Shown: in pieces, positions 24,064-32,000 of the stretch
Position numbering within the stretch: the first letter of the stretch is position 1
How the letters are laid out: the number at the start of each line of letters is the position of its first letter
NCBI GenBank assembly: GCA_041659405.1
Contig: JBAZYK010000014.1
Location: 1,165 to 33,164, forward strand
Direction of reading: 5' to 3'
DNA: 32,000 bases
DNA from: Candidatus Altimarinota bacterium
GTDB taxonomy: Bacteria; Patescibacteriota; Gracilibacteria; UBA1369
Notes under the pieces: model-generated
Told to the model about the DNA's origin: nothing
The model's database searches: none
Seen by the model: the letters and a program-made list of their open reading frames with translations, nothing else
Program-made: the position numbers and the translations under genes

Positions 24064-25217
24064 TCTTTAACGAAAATAGCAATAATTGTAGCCAGTGGAA
24101 TAGAGATGACAAGACCCAGAATCCCCAAATACTGCGCACCAACCAGCATTGCGAAAATAATGATAATAGGGCTTAAACCAATAGCCTTGTTCATTATAAA
24201 AGGCGCAAGGACATTTACCTCTATTTGCTGAAGAATAAAATAATAGATTGAAACCCAAAGTGCCAAGACAGGGGATTGATTCAAAACAATCGGCATAGCC
24301 AAAGCCCAGGCAAAAACACGTCCAACAACCGGAATAACCATCAAGACACCGGCAATAACCGAAAGTGTTAGCGCGTACTGGACATTAAGTATTAAAAGAC
24401 CAATATAGCTTAAAACCGTACCTGCGACACAAAGCAAGAGTTGACCTCTTACCCAAAAACCGATTTTCTCTTTAACAGCTTCTAGACGGGTTGAAATATA
24501 AACTCCATAACGGGACGGGAAAAGTGAAAGATAAAATTTCTCCATCGATTTTTCTTCCACAGTCATGAAAAAAGTTAAAATCAAAACCAAAAGCACATTG
24601 ATCAAACCAAAAGAAATATTCAAAAGCTGAGAACCAATCACCTGCAAAGCAGTTTGAATTTGACTTGCGGCTGCCTGTAAATCAACAGTTTGATAAAGCT
24701 GAAGAATATAAGGCCTCAACTGTTCCGAAAAAGGAAAATTAACATTGCCGGAGCCCAAATCCTGAACAAATTTCCCTACGGTATGGGCCATATCAACAAC
24801 TTGTGTAGCAATTAAAGGAACAAGATGAGAAATCAAAATTCCAAAAACTACGAATACTAAAAGATAAATCAAAAATACACCAATACTCCTGGGGATTTTT
24901 TTATGTTGCAAATAACTGACCATTGGATGCAAAGCCGCGGAAAAAACAAAAGCCAGGAAAAATAAAATTAAAATCCCATTTATCTGATACAGAAAATAAA
25001 AAAAGACCATCAACAGCAAAACGACAGCTGTGCTTTTTGCCATGCTTGCAGGTGAAATTTCCACAATTACTTTTTCTTCAGTTTTTTGTGTTTTATGTGA
25101 ACTTCTTTCATTAATAAACTCAGAGCCGGAAGCCTTTAAGTCACTCATTTTTTTTTGCAGCTGTGAAATTTGTTTTCTTGTATTATCGAAGATTTTTTTA
25201 AAAATATTGTTTTGCAT
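24042..25217 (-). CDS. AI-2E family (PerM/UPF0118) transporter
   Basis: 391 aa, polytopic. Family-like segments KKIPRSIGVFLIYLLVFVVF and NKAIGLSPIIIIFAMLVGAQYLGILGLVISIPLA. Confidence 0.78.
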   Translation of the reverse strand: MQNNIFKKIFDNTRKQISQLQKKMSDLKASGSEFINERSSHKTQKTEEKVIVEISPASMAKSTAVVLLLMVFFYFLYQINGILILFFLAFVFSAALHPMVSYLQHKKIPRSIGVFLIYLLVFVVFGILISHLVPLIATQVVDMAHTVGKFVQDLGSGNVNFPFSEQLRPYILQLYQTVDLQAAASQIQTALQVIGSQLLNISFGLINVLLVLILTFFMTVEEKSMEKFYLSLFPSRYGVYISTRLEAVKEKIGFWVRGQLLLCVAGTVLSYIGLLILNVQYALTLSVIAGVLMVIPVVGRVFAWALAMPIVLNQSPVLALWVSIYYFILQQIEVNVLAPFIMNKAIGLSPIIIIFAMLVGAQYLGILGLVISIPLATIIAIFVKDYLEKSK

Positions 25218-25219
25218 AA

Positions 25220-26137
25220 TTAGCCTGTGATAGCTTTAAGAATAATATTAACAATTGACCAAGCAAGTAACGCCAACCCCATGCCCATAAGTGCGGAGCT
25301 GATAGTTTTTTTACCCTTTTCTTTATCTTCACCAAGGCCACCAACCACGTACCTGTAACCTCCAATCACAATGAATAAAACGGAAATTAAACCAACCAGG
25401 CCTAAAGCAAAATCAATGATGTAGGTTATAAAATATGGAACCAATGCCAAATTCATTCTCCCGGTTTTGATAGCACAACCTAAAAGATTTTTTCTAGCAT
25501 CAATAATTTGATCTGAATTAAGTTTTTCATCCACACTTCCTCCAACAGCATCAAATTCATCTCGCATTTGTTTAAGATCCTGCTCTGCAGAATTCAAATT
25601 TTCCTGTAATTTATCAGTTGATACCTTCAAATTTGCAACTTTACTCCGGGCATCATTATATGTTTTTTCATAATCATTACACTTAAAAGGTCCACCCACA
25701 CCCGCTCCATCCAGACATGTTTTCCTTGCTTCCGCTGCTTGTGTAACAGCATCATTCGCCTTCTCCTGCTCCCCTAATGCAGTATTTAACTCATTTTGAG
25801 CCTTTTCATTTGCCTGTTTAGCATCATCCAAGGTTTTAGAAGCATTATTGTAATCAACTGCATTTTTTGCTTGGTCAGCATCAGGAACTATGCCATTTGA
25901 TAAAAAATCATTAATTGTACTTTGACACTCCTCAATGGTCTTACTCGTACTCGGCAAAAGCGTGAATTGCGCATAAGCTGGCGCAACCATCAACATTGAA
26001 AGTAAACAGGAAACGGAAAGGTAACGAAAAAGTTTCACAATATGAGGGAAAAAATCATCCAAATCATACAGAGAAAATTCAGAAATCTCAAATTTCATTT
26101 TTAAATAAATAACTTCCAATTCTGATTTCGGTTGCAC
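25220..26137 (-). CDS. Secreted coiled-coil protein ending in a two-helix T4SS-pilin-like (TrbC/VirB2-like) membrane module
   Basis: Signal peptide LSVSCLLSMLMVAPAYA and a ~170-aa charged coiled-coil region with 4 Cys. The C-terminus LISVLFIVIGGYRYVVGGLGEDKEKGKKTISSALMGMGLALLAWSIVNIIL matches my recollection of the CPR T4SS_pilin family. The likely true start is the ATG at 26098 (MKFEIS). Confidence 0.45.
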   Translation of the reverse strand: MQPKSELEVIYLKMKFEISEFSLYDLDDFFPHIVKLFRYLSVSCLLSMLMVAPAYAQFTLLPSTSKTIEECQSTINDFLSNGIVPDADQAKNAVDYNNASKTLDDAKQANEKAQNELNTALGEQEKANDAVTQAAEARKTCLDGAGVGGPFKCNDYEKTYNDARSKVANLKVSTDKLQENLNSAEQDLKQMRDEFDAVGGSVDEKLNSDQIIDARKNLLGCAIKTGRMNLALVPYFITYIIDFALGLVGLISVLFIVIGGYRYVVGGLGEDKEKGKKTISSALMGMGLALLAWSIVNIILKAITG

Positions 26138-26765
26138 CTTCTTCTAAAGCCACACGATAATCATGACTCATGCCCATCGACAAAGTATCTATCTCGGCAA
26201 ACTTTTCACTATAAAGTTTAAAAACAGAACTCATTTTTTTGAAATAAATTCTGGCATTTTCCGGATCATCAAAAAAGGGAACAATCGCCATAAAACCTTT
26301 GCACAAAATAAATGGTAATTTTTGAACTTCATCCATCAAAGCTGAAATTTCACCTTCAGCTATACCGTGTTTATTAGGATCTGAAGCGATGTTTACCTCT
26401 ACCAAAATAGGCATTTTCTTATTCAATTTTTGGCATTCCAAATTAATCTTCTCTGCAAGCTTCAAAGAATCCACAGATTCAATACAATCAAACAACCTGA
26501 CCGCATTTTTAACTTTATTCGCTTGAAGATGACCAATAAAATGTCTTTTTACCGGCAATAATGATGGAAATTTCTTCTCGGCATCCTGAATTTTATTTTC
26601 ACCAATTAAACCGATTCCGGCTGTAATCGCCTGATTGGCAGCTTCAACATTAGCGCTCTTGGTAGCCGCTAAAATCGTAATTTCAGCAGCACCCCTCCCC
26701 ACTTTTTTACAAATATTATTGATGTCCTGCTGCAAAAATTTCAGTTTATCCGGATAAAATGGCAT
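26088..26765 (-). CDS. yggS: YggS-family pyridoxal-phosphate homeostasis protein
   Basis: 225 aa. ILAATKS (PLP Lys), GENKIQDAEKK, HFIGHLQANKVK, LSMGMSHDY. Confidence 0.9.
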   Translation of the reverse strand: MPFYPDKLKFLQQDINNICKKVGRGAAEITILAATKSANVEAANQAITAGIGLIGENKIQDAEKKFPSLLPVKRHFIGHLQANKVKNAVRLFDCIESVDSLKLAEKINLECQKLNKKMPILVEVNIASDPNKHGIAEGEISALMDEVQKLPFILCKGFMAIVPFFDDPENARIYFKKMSSVFKLYSEKFAEIDTLSMGMSHDYRVALEEGATEIRIGSYLFKNEI

Positions 26766-26826
26766 TTTAAATTGTAAGTTTGATAAAACACCTGTACTAT
26801 AAGCCAGAATTTAGCCAAATCCAAGC

Positions 26827-28197
26827 ATGAAAGAAGAACGAGATCACAATATACCAATCGTCGCCATTATTGGGCGACCTAATGTTGGAAAATCCAGCTT
26901 ATTTAATCGTTTGATCCAAAGAAGAGTAGCCATCACCTCGGAAGTGGCTGGAACAACCCGCGATCGCATCTATCATCATTCGGAAATTGGTGAAATTCCT
27001 GCCATTTTAGTAGATACCGGCGGTATGGAATATGGCAAAAAAGAAAACATTGAAGCCGATGTCCAAAGTCAGGCCAGACTCGCCATGAATGAAGCTGACT
27101 TTATTTTATTCGTGGTTGATGCCAGTGAAGTTCTAACTTCAAATGATTACGAAGCTGCTCAAACTCTGCGAAAAAGCCATAAGCCGATTATGATGATTGC
27201 GAACAAATGCGATCATCCAAGCGTTACAGAAAGAATGGAAGATTTTAAAAAGTTGGGTTTTGGTGAGCCAATTTACATTTCGACTATCCATAAAATCGGT
27301 TTTGATGAGTTATTTGAACAATTGGAGAAGAGACTCAAAAAAGAAGGCTGGAAAAAGCAGAAAATAATGGAACGGAAAGCGGAAGATGTTACCAATATTT
27401 GCTTCCTTGGACGCCCAAATGTTGGCAAATCGTCTTTGGTTAATGCGCTACTTGGTGAAGATAAATTGATTGTTTCACCAACTGCGGGAACAACCCGTGA
27501 TGCAATTGATATTGGAATTACCTGGGAAAATAAAAAATTCAATTTGATTGATACTGCCGGAATTCGTCGCAGAGGCAAAATCGAAAAAGGACTCGAAAAA
27601 CTGAGCATGCTTAGATCATTGGAAGCGGTTGAAAGAACGGATATTGCGTGCCTTATTCTTGATTATGAAGCCGGAATAGCAAAACAGGATCAACACATTA
27701 CCGAATTCATTACGGAAGCGGGAAAGGGCCTTATTCTGATAGTGAACAAAAGCGATCTTATGAAGAATCGCGAAGAAAACGAGACAAAAACTCTTTGGAG
27801 ATTGAAAAATAAGTTTGATTTTTTGCCATGGGCGCCGGTAATTTTTGTTTCCGCTCTTAAGAAGCGCAACATCGAAAAAATATTGGAGGTTTCACAACAA
27901 ATTCAAAAAGAAAGATCCAAGATGGTTGATACCGATGAACTGGAAGGCTTCATGAAAGCGACTATTTTCAAGCATTTGCCACCTAAAACCGGGCCAATTA
28001 AAGCCAAAATCTATTCATTGGATCAAACAGGTGTTAATCCACCAACGTTTGTTTTCAAGGTGAATGACTCAAAAGCGCTACATTTTTCCTATCGCCGTTA
28101 TTTGGAAAATGAATTGCGCAAAAAATACAGCTTCACCGGAACATCAATTAAAATTATCTACGCCGGCCAGGAAGAAAGACGCAGAGAAAAGAAATAA
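26827..28197 (+). CDS. der: Ribosome-biogenesis GTPase Der (EngA)
   Basis: 456 aa. Tandem GTPase domains (GRPNVGKSSLFN/DTGG/NKCD and GRPNVGKSSLVN/DTAG/NKSD) plus a C-terminal KH-like domain. Confidence 0.95.
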   Translation: MKEERDHNIPIVAIIGRPNVGKSSLFNRLIQRRVAITSEVAGTTRDRIYHHSEIGEIPAILVDTGGMEYGKKENIEADVQSQARLAMNEADFILFVVDASEVLTSNDYEAAQTLRKSHKPIMMIANKCDHPSVTERMEDFKKLGFGEPIYISTIHKIGFDELFEQLEKRLKKEGWKKQKIMERKAEDVTNICFLGRPNVGKSSLVNALLGEDKLIVSPTAGTTRDAIDIGITWENKKFNLIDTAGIRRRGKIEKGLEKLSMLRSLEAVERTDIACLILDYEAGIAKQDQHITEFITEAGKGLILIVNKSDLMKNREENETKTLWRLKNKFDFLPWAPVIFVSALKKRNIEKILEVSQQIQKERSKMVDTDELEGFMKATIFKHLPPKTGPIKAKIYSLDQTGVNPPTFVFKVNDSKALHFSYRRYLENELRKKYSFTGTSIKIIYAGQEERRREKK

Positions 28198-28210
28198 AAA
28201 CTATTCCTGT

Positions 28211-29155
28211 TTAAGGAAGAGGTTTTGATCTGAATGTCACCTCATTAAAGCGTTCCTTAAACGATTCCGTAATTTCCTTTCTACGATCAATATTGTGGAA
28301 TTTTAGCATTGAAGAATTAACGACAATCGAGGCTTCATCGCCCAAAGCGTTTTTATTTTTCTGAAAACGTTTTTGGTAAAAGTTCTTGAGCTTAAGCTCG
28401 ACCAGATCACCAAATTTGCCGCCAAAAACGAATTCACCAAACTTTCCAAATACTGAAAACCAAGGATCCTTTCTTAGCATTTGAAGATCAGGTTCAGGTT
28501 CACGATCAAAAAACGCAGTAAGCCAGTTATTATTTTTCAAAAAATCCAGATAACACTGTTTACCTAAAAAAGCCTTCAATGAAGCCATCCAAAATGGCAA
28601 ATAAATATCGTCATCAAGCTGGATTGAATGAATATCAAGAACATCATCGGCCAAATAAAAGCTTAAACAAAACCTGCCGGCAATTTTATTGCCATGCCTT
28701 CTAACTCCCAAAATTGAAAACAACAAAGTAACAAAAGTGCGGGTTAGGAAAATTCTACCTTTTTTCGTGATTATAAAAAGGTCAATATCACTATCCAAAG
28801 TAGGAGCGTCAAAAGCCAAAGTATTGCAGATCGCGACTAATCGCACAAAGGGGATTAATCTAATAATTGGCAGGAAGAAGCCAACTTTATGCCACAATTT
28901 CCTGGCAATTATCTGTTTCTCAAGAAAATTTTCAAAAATATTTTTTCGGTCGGCAAAAAAATAAAGACCTTCCTTCAATAAAATCTGATGATCATTTTGC
29001 AAAAAGTTTTCCAATTCCTTTTTATTGATATTTCCAAAACGATAAAGATAGATTTCGTCTAAGGTCAGAGGTCTATCAAACAAGTCAAAAAAAACCAGAG
29101 TTGCGTAAACACGCTCTTTTAGATTTTTAAATTCACTAATTCGAAGCATAAACAT
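28211..29155 (-). CDS. Hypothetical protein with a possible Pol-beta-type nucleotidyltransferase core
   Basis: 314-aa ORF with coherent coding character. The only recognisable element is AICNTLAFDAPTLDSDIDLFIITKKGR, resembling the hG[GS]...D-x-D nucleotidyltransferase motif. The function is uncertain. Confidence 0.4.
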   Translation of the reverse strand: MFMLRISEFKNLKERVYATLVFFDLFDRPLTLDEIYLYRFGNINKKELENFLQNDHQILLKEGLYFFADRKNIFENFLEKQIIARKLWHKVGFFLPIIRLIPFVRLVAICNTLAFDAPTLDSDIDLFIITKKGRIFLTRTFVTLLFSILGVRRHGNKIAGRFCLSFYLADDVLDIHSIQLDDDIYLPFWMASLKAFLGKQCYLDFLKNNNWLTAFFDREPEPDLQMLRKDPWFSVFGKFGEFVFGGKFGDLVELKLKNFYQKRFQKNKNALGDEASIVVNSSMLKFHNIDRRKEITESFKERFNEVTFRSKPLP

Positions 29156-29208
29156 TTAACAATAATCCAAAAAGAGCTTATACTCGAGCCGAAAATAATC
29201 AAGCAAAA

Positions 29209-31467
29209 ATGGAAAAAACACCGGATTTACAAACATATTTGGATCATATCCTGAAAAATATACCGCATGAACCCGGGGTATATAAAATGAAGGACAAAGA
29301 TGGAAATATCATCTACGTTGGCAAAGCCAAAAATTTAAAAAATCGCGTTTCCAGTTATTTTCAAAATCGCAACGATAAGGCCATGCGAACGCAAAAAATG
29401 GTCGAACATATTGCCGATATCGAATATATCGTTGTTAAAACGGAACTTGAAGCTCTTTTGCTGGAAACAAACTGGATTAAAGAAATAAGGCCAAAATACA
29501 ACATCCTGATGAAGGACGATAAAAGTTACGTTTACATCAAAATAACAACTCAGGACCTTTATCCGCGAATTTATTTGGTAAGAAAAGTTGATCGGGACAG
29601 GGCACGTTACTTTGGCCCAAAAACTGCCGGACATAAAGTCATCAAAACACTAAAAGTATTAAAAAAAGTTTTTCCTTTTAGGAATTGCGAACTGGCAATC
29701 GACTATACGATTCACACTGGAAGCACAGTTAAAAAAACTTTATCAGAGAGCCAACTGCAATATCACATTAGTCATTGCATTGGGCCATGCGTAGCCTCGG
29801 TTAAGCCCGAAAATTACAGAAAAATGATCGATGAGGTTATCAACTTTCTGGAAGGAAAACATGAAGGAATTATCGAAAAAATCAAAGAAGATATGTACAA
29901 AGCGGCAAGTGAAAAAAAGTTCGAAGTTGCTGCGTCAATTCGTGACCGTCTTAAAGCTGTTGAAGAGATTATTGAGCCACAACGCATTAGTGATCCACAC
30001 CAAAAAGACCTGGACATCATCAATTATGTTGAGCAGGATGACAAAATCTATTTCAATCTTTTTCAGCTAAGAAATGGCAAACTAATCGGCCAGGAAAATT
30101 TTATTTTTAAAGCCCAGACAGAAAGGGAACAGGAAGATCCTGAAGCACTCAATGCGTTTTTGGAACAGTACTATGAAAAAGCCACCGATTTACCAAAGGA
30201 AATCCTGATTCCTCATCACGTTGATGAACCTGAAATGATCGAACAATGGTTATCACAGGTGAAAGGACAAAAGGTAAGTTTAATTATTCCTGAACGCGGG
30301 AAAAAGAACCAGTTATTGGAACTTTCCCTGGCGAATGCCCAAAGTTACGCTAAACAAAGCCAAATTAAATGGCAAGGAGCGGAAAAGGAAACTCGAACAA
30401 AGGCACTTGAAGGTTTACAAAAAATCTTAGGACTAACCAAAATCCCCAGACGCCTTGAGTGTTATGACATTTCACATTTTTCAGGAACCGAAACCGTTGC
30501 GTCCATGGTCGTATTTGAAAATGGATTCCCTAAAAAAGATGATTACCGAAAATTCAAACTCCATCAACAAACGGCCGGCGCGCCCGATGATTTTGCCTCA
30601 ATGGAAGAAGCTTTAACCAGAAGAATCAAATATCTTAAACCTTCCATTAATCTTGAAAATCTCAAAATTAAAAAAGCCAAGAAAAAAGAATTGGAAGAAA
30701 TAAAGAAAGAATTAAAAGCCGAAAATCTTCCTGTAGGCGACTTTTTAGCAATAGAAAAAGAAAAGAAGAGGATTGGATACGCACATGTGAACGTTTTCCC
30801 AAGTAAGAAAACTCTTATTGAAGACATCCACATCATTGAAAAATTAGACACAGGCTTTCTCATAAAAAAACTTATCGAAAAGTATAAAGTGCACAGAATG
30901 TATCTGCTTTGCGATACAGCTGATCAGGCCAAATATGAAGAATTTGGCTTTGAAGCCATCAAAAAACTGCCGGACGAATTCGCCGAAAAAGAAGGTCAAA
31001 CCTATTTGGTTTTTGACCGAAACAAATATAGCGAAGATTCATCTTTCAAAAAAGTACCGGATTTAATCATTATTGATGGAGGAAAAGGCCAATTAAGCTC
31101 GGCCATAAAGGCATTAAACAAGTATGGCCTACCCCTAACCATGATTTCAATCGCCAAAAAAGAAGAAGAGCTTTTTAGACCTAATGAAAGCGAATCAATC
31201 AAACTCGAAAAAAACAATCCAATCCTGCACATGATTCAGCACATTCGTGATGAAGCGCATCGCTTTGCCATTACTTACCACAAAAACCTAAGAAGCAAAG
31301 CATCCATGAGTTCAATTTTAGACACTTTACCCGGAATTGGGCCGGAAACAAAAATCCTACTATTAAAACAATTTGGCTCCGTAGAAGGAATCAAAAATGC
31401 CCAGGAAGAAGAGTTGATTAAGCTTATTGGGCCAACGCTTGCAAAAAAACTTAAGGATTCACTTTAG
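29209..31467 (+). CDS. uvrC: Excinuclease ABC subunit C with a large internal insertion
   Basis: 752 aa. GIY-YIG GVYKMKDKDGNIIYVGKAKNLKNRVSSYF, UVR domain FEVAASIRDRLKAVEEI, ECYDISHFSGTETVASMVVF, IIDGGKGQL, IRDEAHRFAITYH, HhH LPGIGPETKILLLKQFGS. Extra sequence lies between the RRIKY and PDLIIIDGG motifs. Confidence 0.92.
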   Translation: MEKTPDLQTYLDHILKNIPHEPGVYKMKDKDGNIIYVGKAKNLKNRVSSYFQNRNDKAMRTQKMVEHIADIEYIVVKTELEALLLETNWIKEIRPKYNILMKDDKSYVYIKITTQDLYPRIYLVRKVDRDRARYFGPKTAGHKVIKTLKVLKKVFPFRNCELAIDYTIHTGSTVKKTLSESQLQYHISHCIGPCVASVKPENYRKMIDEVINFLEGKHEGIIEKIKEDMYKAASEKKFEVAASIRDRLKAVEEIIEPQRISDPHQKDLDIINYVEQDDKIYFNLFQLRNGKLIGQENFIFKAQTEREQEDPEALNAFLEQYYEKATDLPKEILIPHHVDEPEMIEQWLSQVKGQKVSLIIPERGKKNQLLELSLANAQSYAKQSQIKWQGAEKETRTKALEGLQKILGLTKIPRRLECYDISHFSGTETVASMVVFENGFPKKDDYRKFKLHQQTAGAPDDFASMEEALTRRIKYLKPSINLENLKIKKAKKKELEEIKKELKAENLPVGDFLAIEKEKKRIGYAHVNVFPSKKTLIEDIHIIEKLDTGFLIKKLIEKYKVHRMYLLCDTADQAKYEEFGFEAIKKLPDEFAEKEGQTYLVFDRNKYSEDSSFKKVPDLIIIDGGKGQLSSAIKALNKYGLPLTMISIAKKEEELFRPNESESIKLEKNNPILHMIQHIRDEAHRFAITYHKNLRSKASMSSILDTLPGIGPETKILLLKQFGSVEGIKNAQEEELIKLIGPTLAKKLKDSL

Positions 31468-31774
31468 GCGGCGCTGGCTCAAGGCTTACCACGTTATCAG
31501 CACCCAAAATTTCCCTAACTAGGCCAGCTGAGAATTCTCTTGTTGTAACTAAAACATTGGTTAAACCATCTTCTCCGGTTTCAACATGATCAATACCTGT
31601 TTTCGCCCGTAAAGTCTCAATCTGTGCGCCAGCTAAAGGGTTCCTGGTAACCAATTGGAGATGCTTCGCTCCCTCTCCAAGACTAGCCCAAGGATTTTTA
31701 GGGGTTTCCGCAGTTATGCGAGGAACCGTTACCTCAGGGGTTTCCGTAGTTTCACCAGACTCTGATCCACTCAT
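31451..31774 (-). CDS. Hypothetical small acidic protein (no recognisable family)
   Basis: 107-aa ORF, visibly more G+C-rich than its neighbours and preceded by a near-consensus promoter. It overlaps the uvrC 3' end by 17 nt in convergent orientation. Confidence 0.45.
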   Translation of the reverse strand: MSGSESGETTETPEVTVPRITAETPKNPWASLGEGAKHLQLVTRNPLAGAQIETLRAKTGIDHVETGEDGLTNVLVTTREFSAGLVREILGADNVVSLEPAPPKVNP

Positions 31775-31802
31775 ATATTAAATTATAACAAATAAAGGCC
31801 AC

Positions 31803-31831
31803 TTTATAACTCACACATCAAAAAATGTCAA
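31803..31831 (-). promoter_or_regulatory. Near-consensus sigma70 promoter for the small ORF at 31451..31774
   Basis: The minus strand reads TTGACA (31826-31831), 17-nt spacer, TATAAA (31803-31808), about 28 nt upstream of the ATG at 31774. Confidence 0.5.
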
Positions 31832-32000
31832 ATTCAGCAAATAATTTGGGGAATTAAAGCATGAGAGAAGAAAGGGATCATACGCTTTTTGGTTTGAATA
31901 AATTAAATCGCTAGACATAGAGCTGAACAATGCGATATAAAAAGAAATCAACATCACTCACCCCACGAACCAGTAATCTGAATCCTTTTAATCTGGCATT

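Noticed and set aside
31857-31881. 21 of 25 nt identity, and an MxEERDH peptide match, between this stretch (AAGCATGAGAGAAGAAAGGGATCAT) and the der start region at 26823-26847
   Set aside because: The similarity stops abruptly after 25 nt. In A-rich sequence of this length, matches of this quality are expected by chance. The local ORF is only 17 codons.
31930-32000. ATG at 31930 opening a plus-strand frame that runs to the window end (MRYKKKSTSLTPRTSNLNPFNLA...)
   Set aside because: Only 23 codons are visible and there is no recognisable motif, so it is too short to call.
1-32000. Alternative genetic code (UGA recoding as in some CPR lineages), CRISPR arrays, diversity-generating retroelement repeats, rRNA or self-splicing introns
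   Set aside because: Housekeeping ORFs reach normal full lengths with standard stops. No regularly spaced direct repeats, no reverse transcriptase gene, no template/variable repeat pair and no rRNA-like sequence were seen on visual inspection.

Overview
Low-GC, gene-dense bacterial window read with the standard genetic code. All long ORFs are intact without stop-codon recoding. The mix of a small housekeeping set, a short EF-Ts, weak or absent Shine-Dalgarno sequences and a T4SS-pilin-like membrane protein suggests a reduced-genome bacterium, probably Candidate Phyla Radiation/Patescibacteria (inference, not verifiable here). Confident housekeeping calls are initiator tRNA-fMet, murC, cysS, yggT, queA, ribD, ribA, ribB, tsf, rpsB, yggS, der and uvrC. 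Positions 1-3470 form an accessory block at the 3' side of tRNA-fMet: an XRE regulator, a HicB-like/HicA-like pair, a G+C-richer decayed stretch with a frame-disrupted methyltransferase-like gene, and an AAA_14/DUF4143 ATPase. The strongest candidate for something new is a partner-switching signalling set with no sigma or anti-sigma gene in the window. It comprises one RsbW-like kinase, one membrane HAMP-PP2C phosphatase, two STAS proteins and a PrsW-family protease, split over two loci. One locus is a tight operon with an 806-aa polytopic transporter fused to a HEAT-repeat domain, which may be the regulated target. Other notable items: uvrC has about 140 residues where E. coli and B. subtilis have about a dozen. 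ribB and ribA are separated by a frameshift in an A8 tract that would otherwise give a normal ribBA fusion. The rib genes and a DUF4870-like membrane protein sit inside the rpsB-tsf operon with no room for an FMN riboswitch. A surface-glycan cluster (GT4, Wzz-like protein with a P-loop-less kinase-like tail, GT4) and a pilin-like protein with a long Cys-containing coiled-coil ectodomain are also present. No CRISPR array, rRNA, transposase, integrase or reverse transcriptase was seen.
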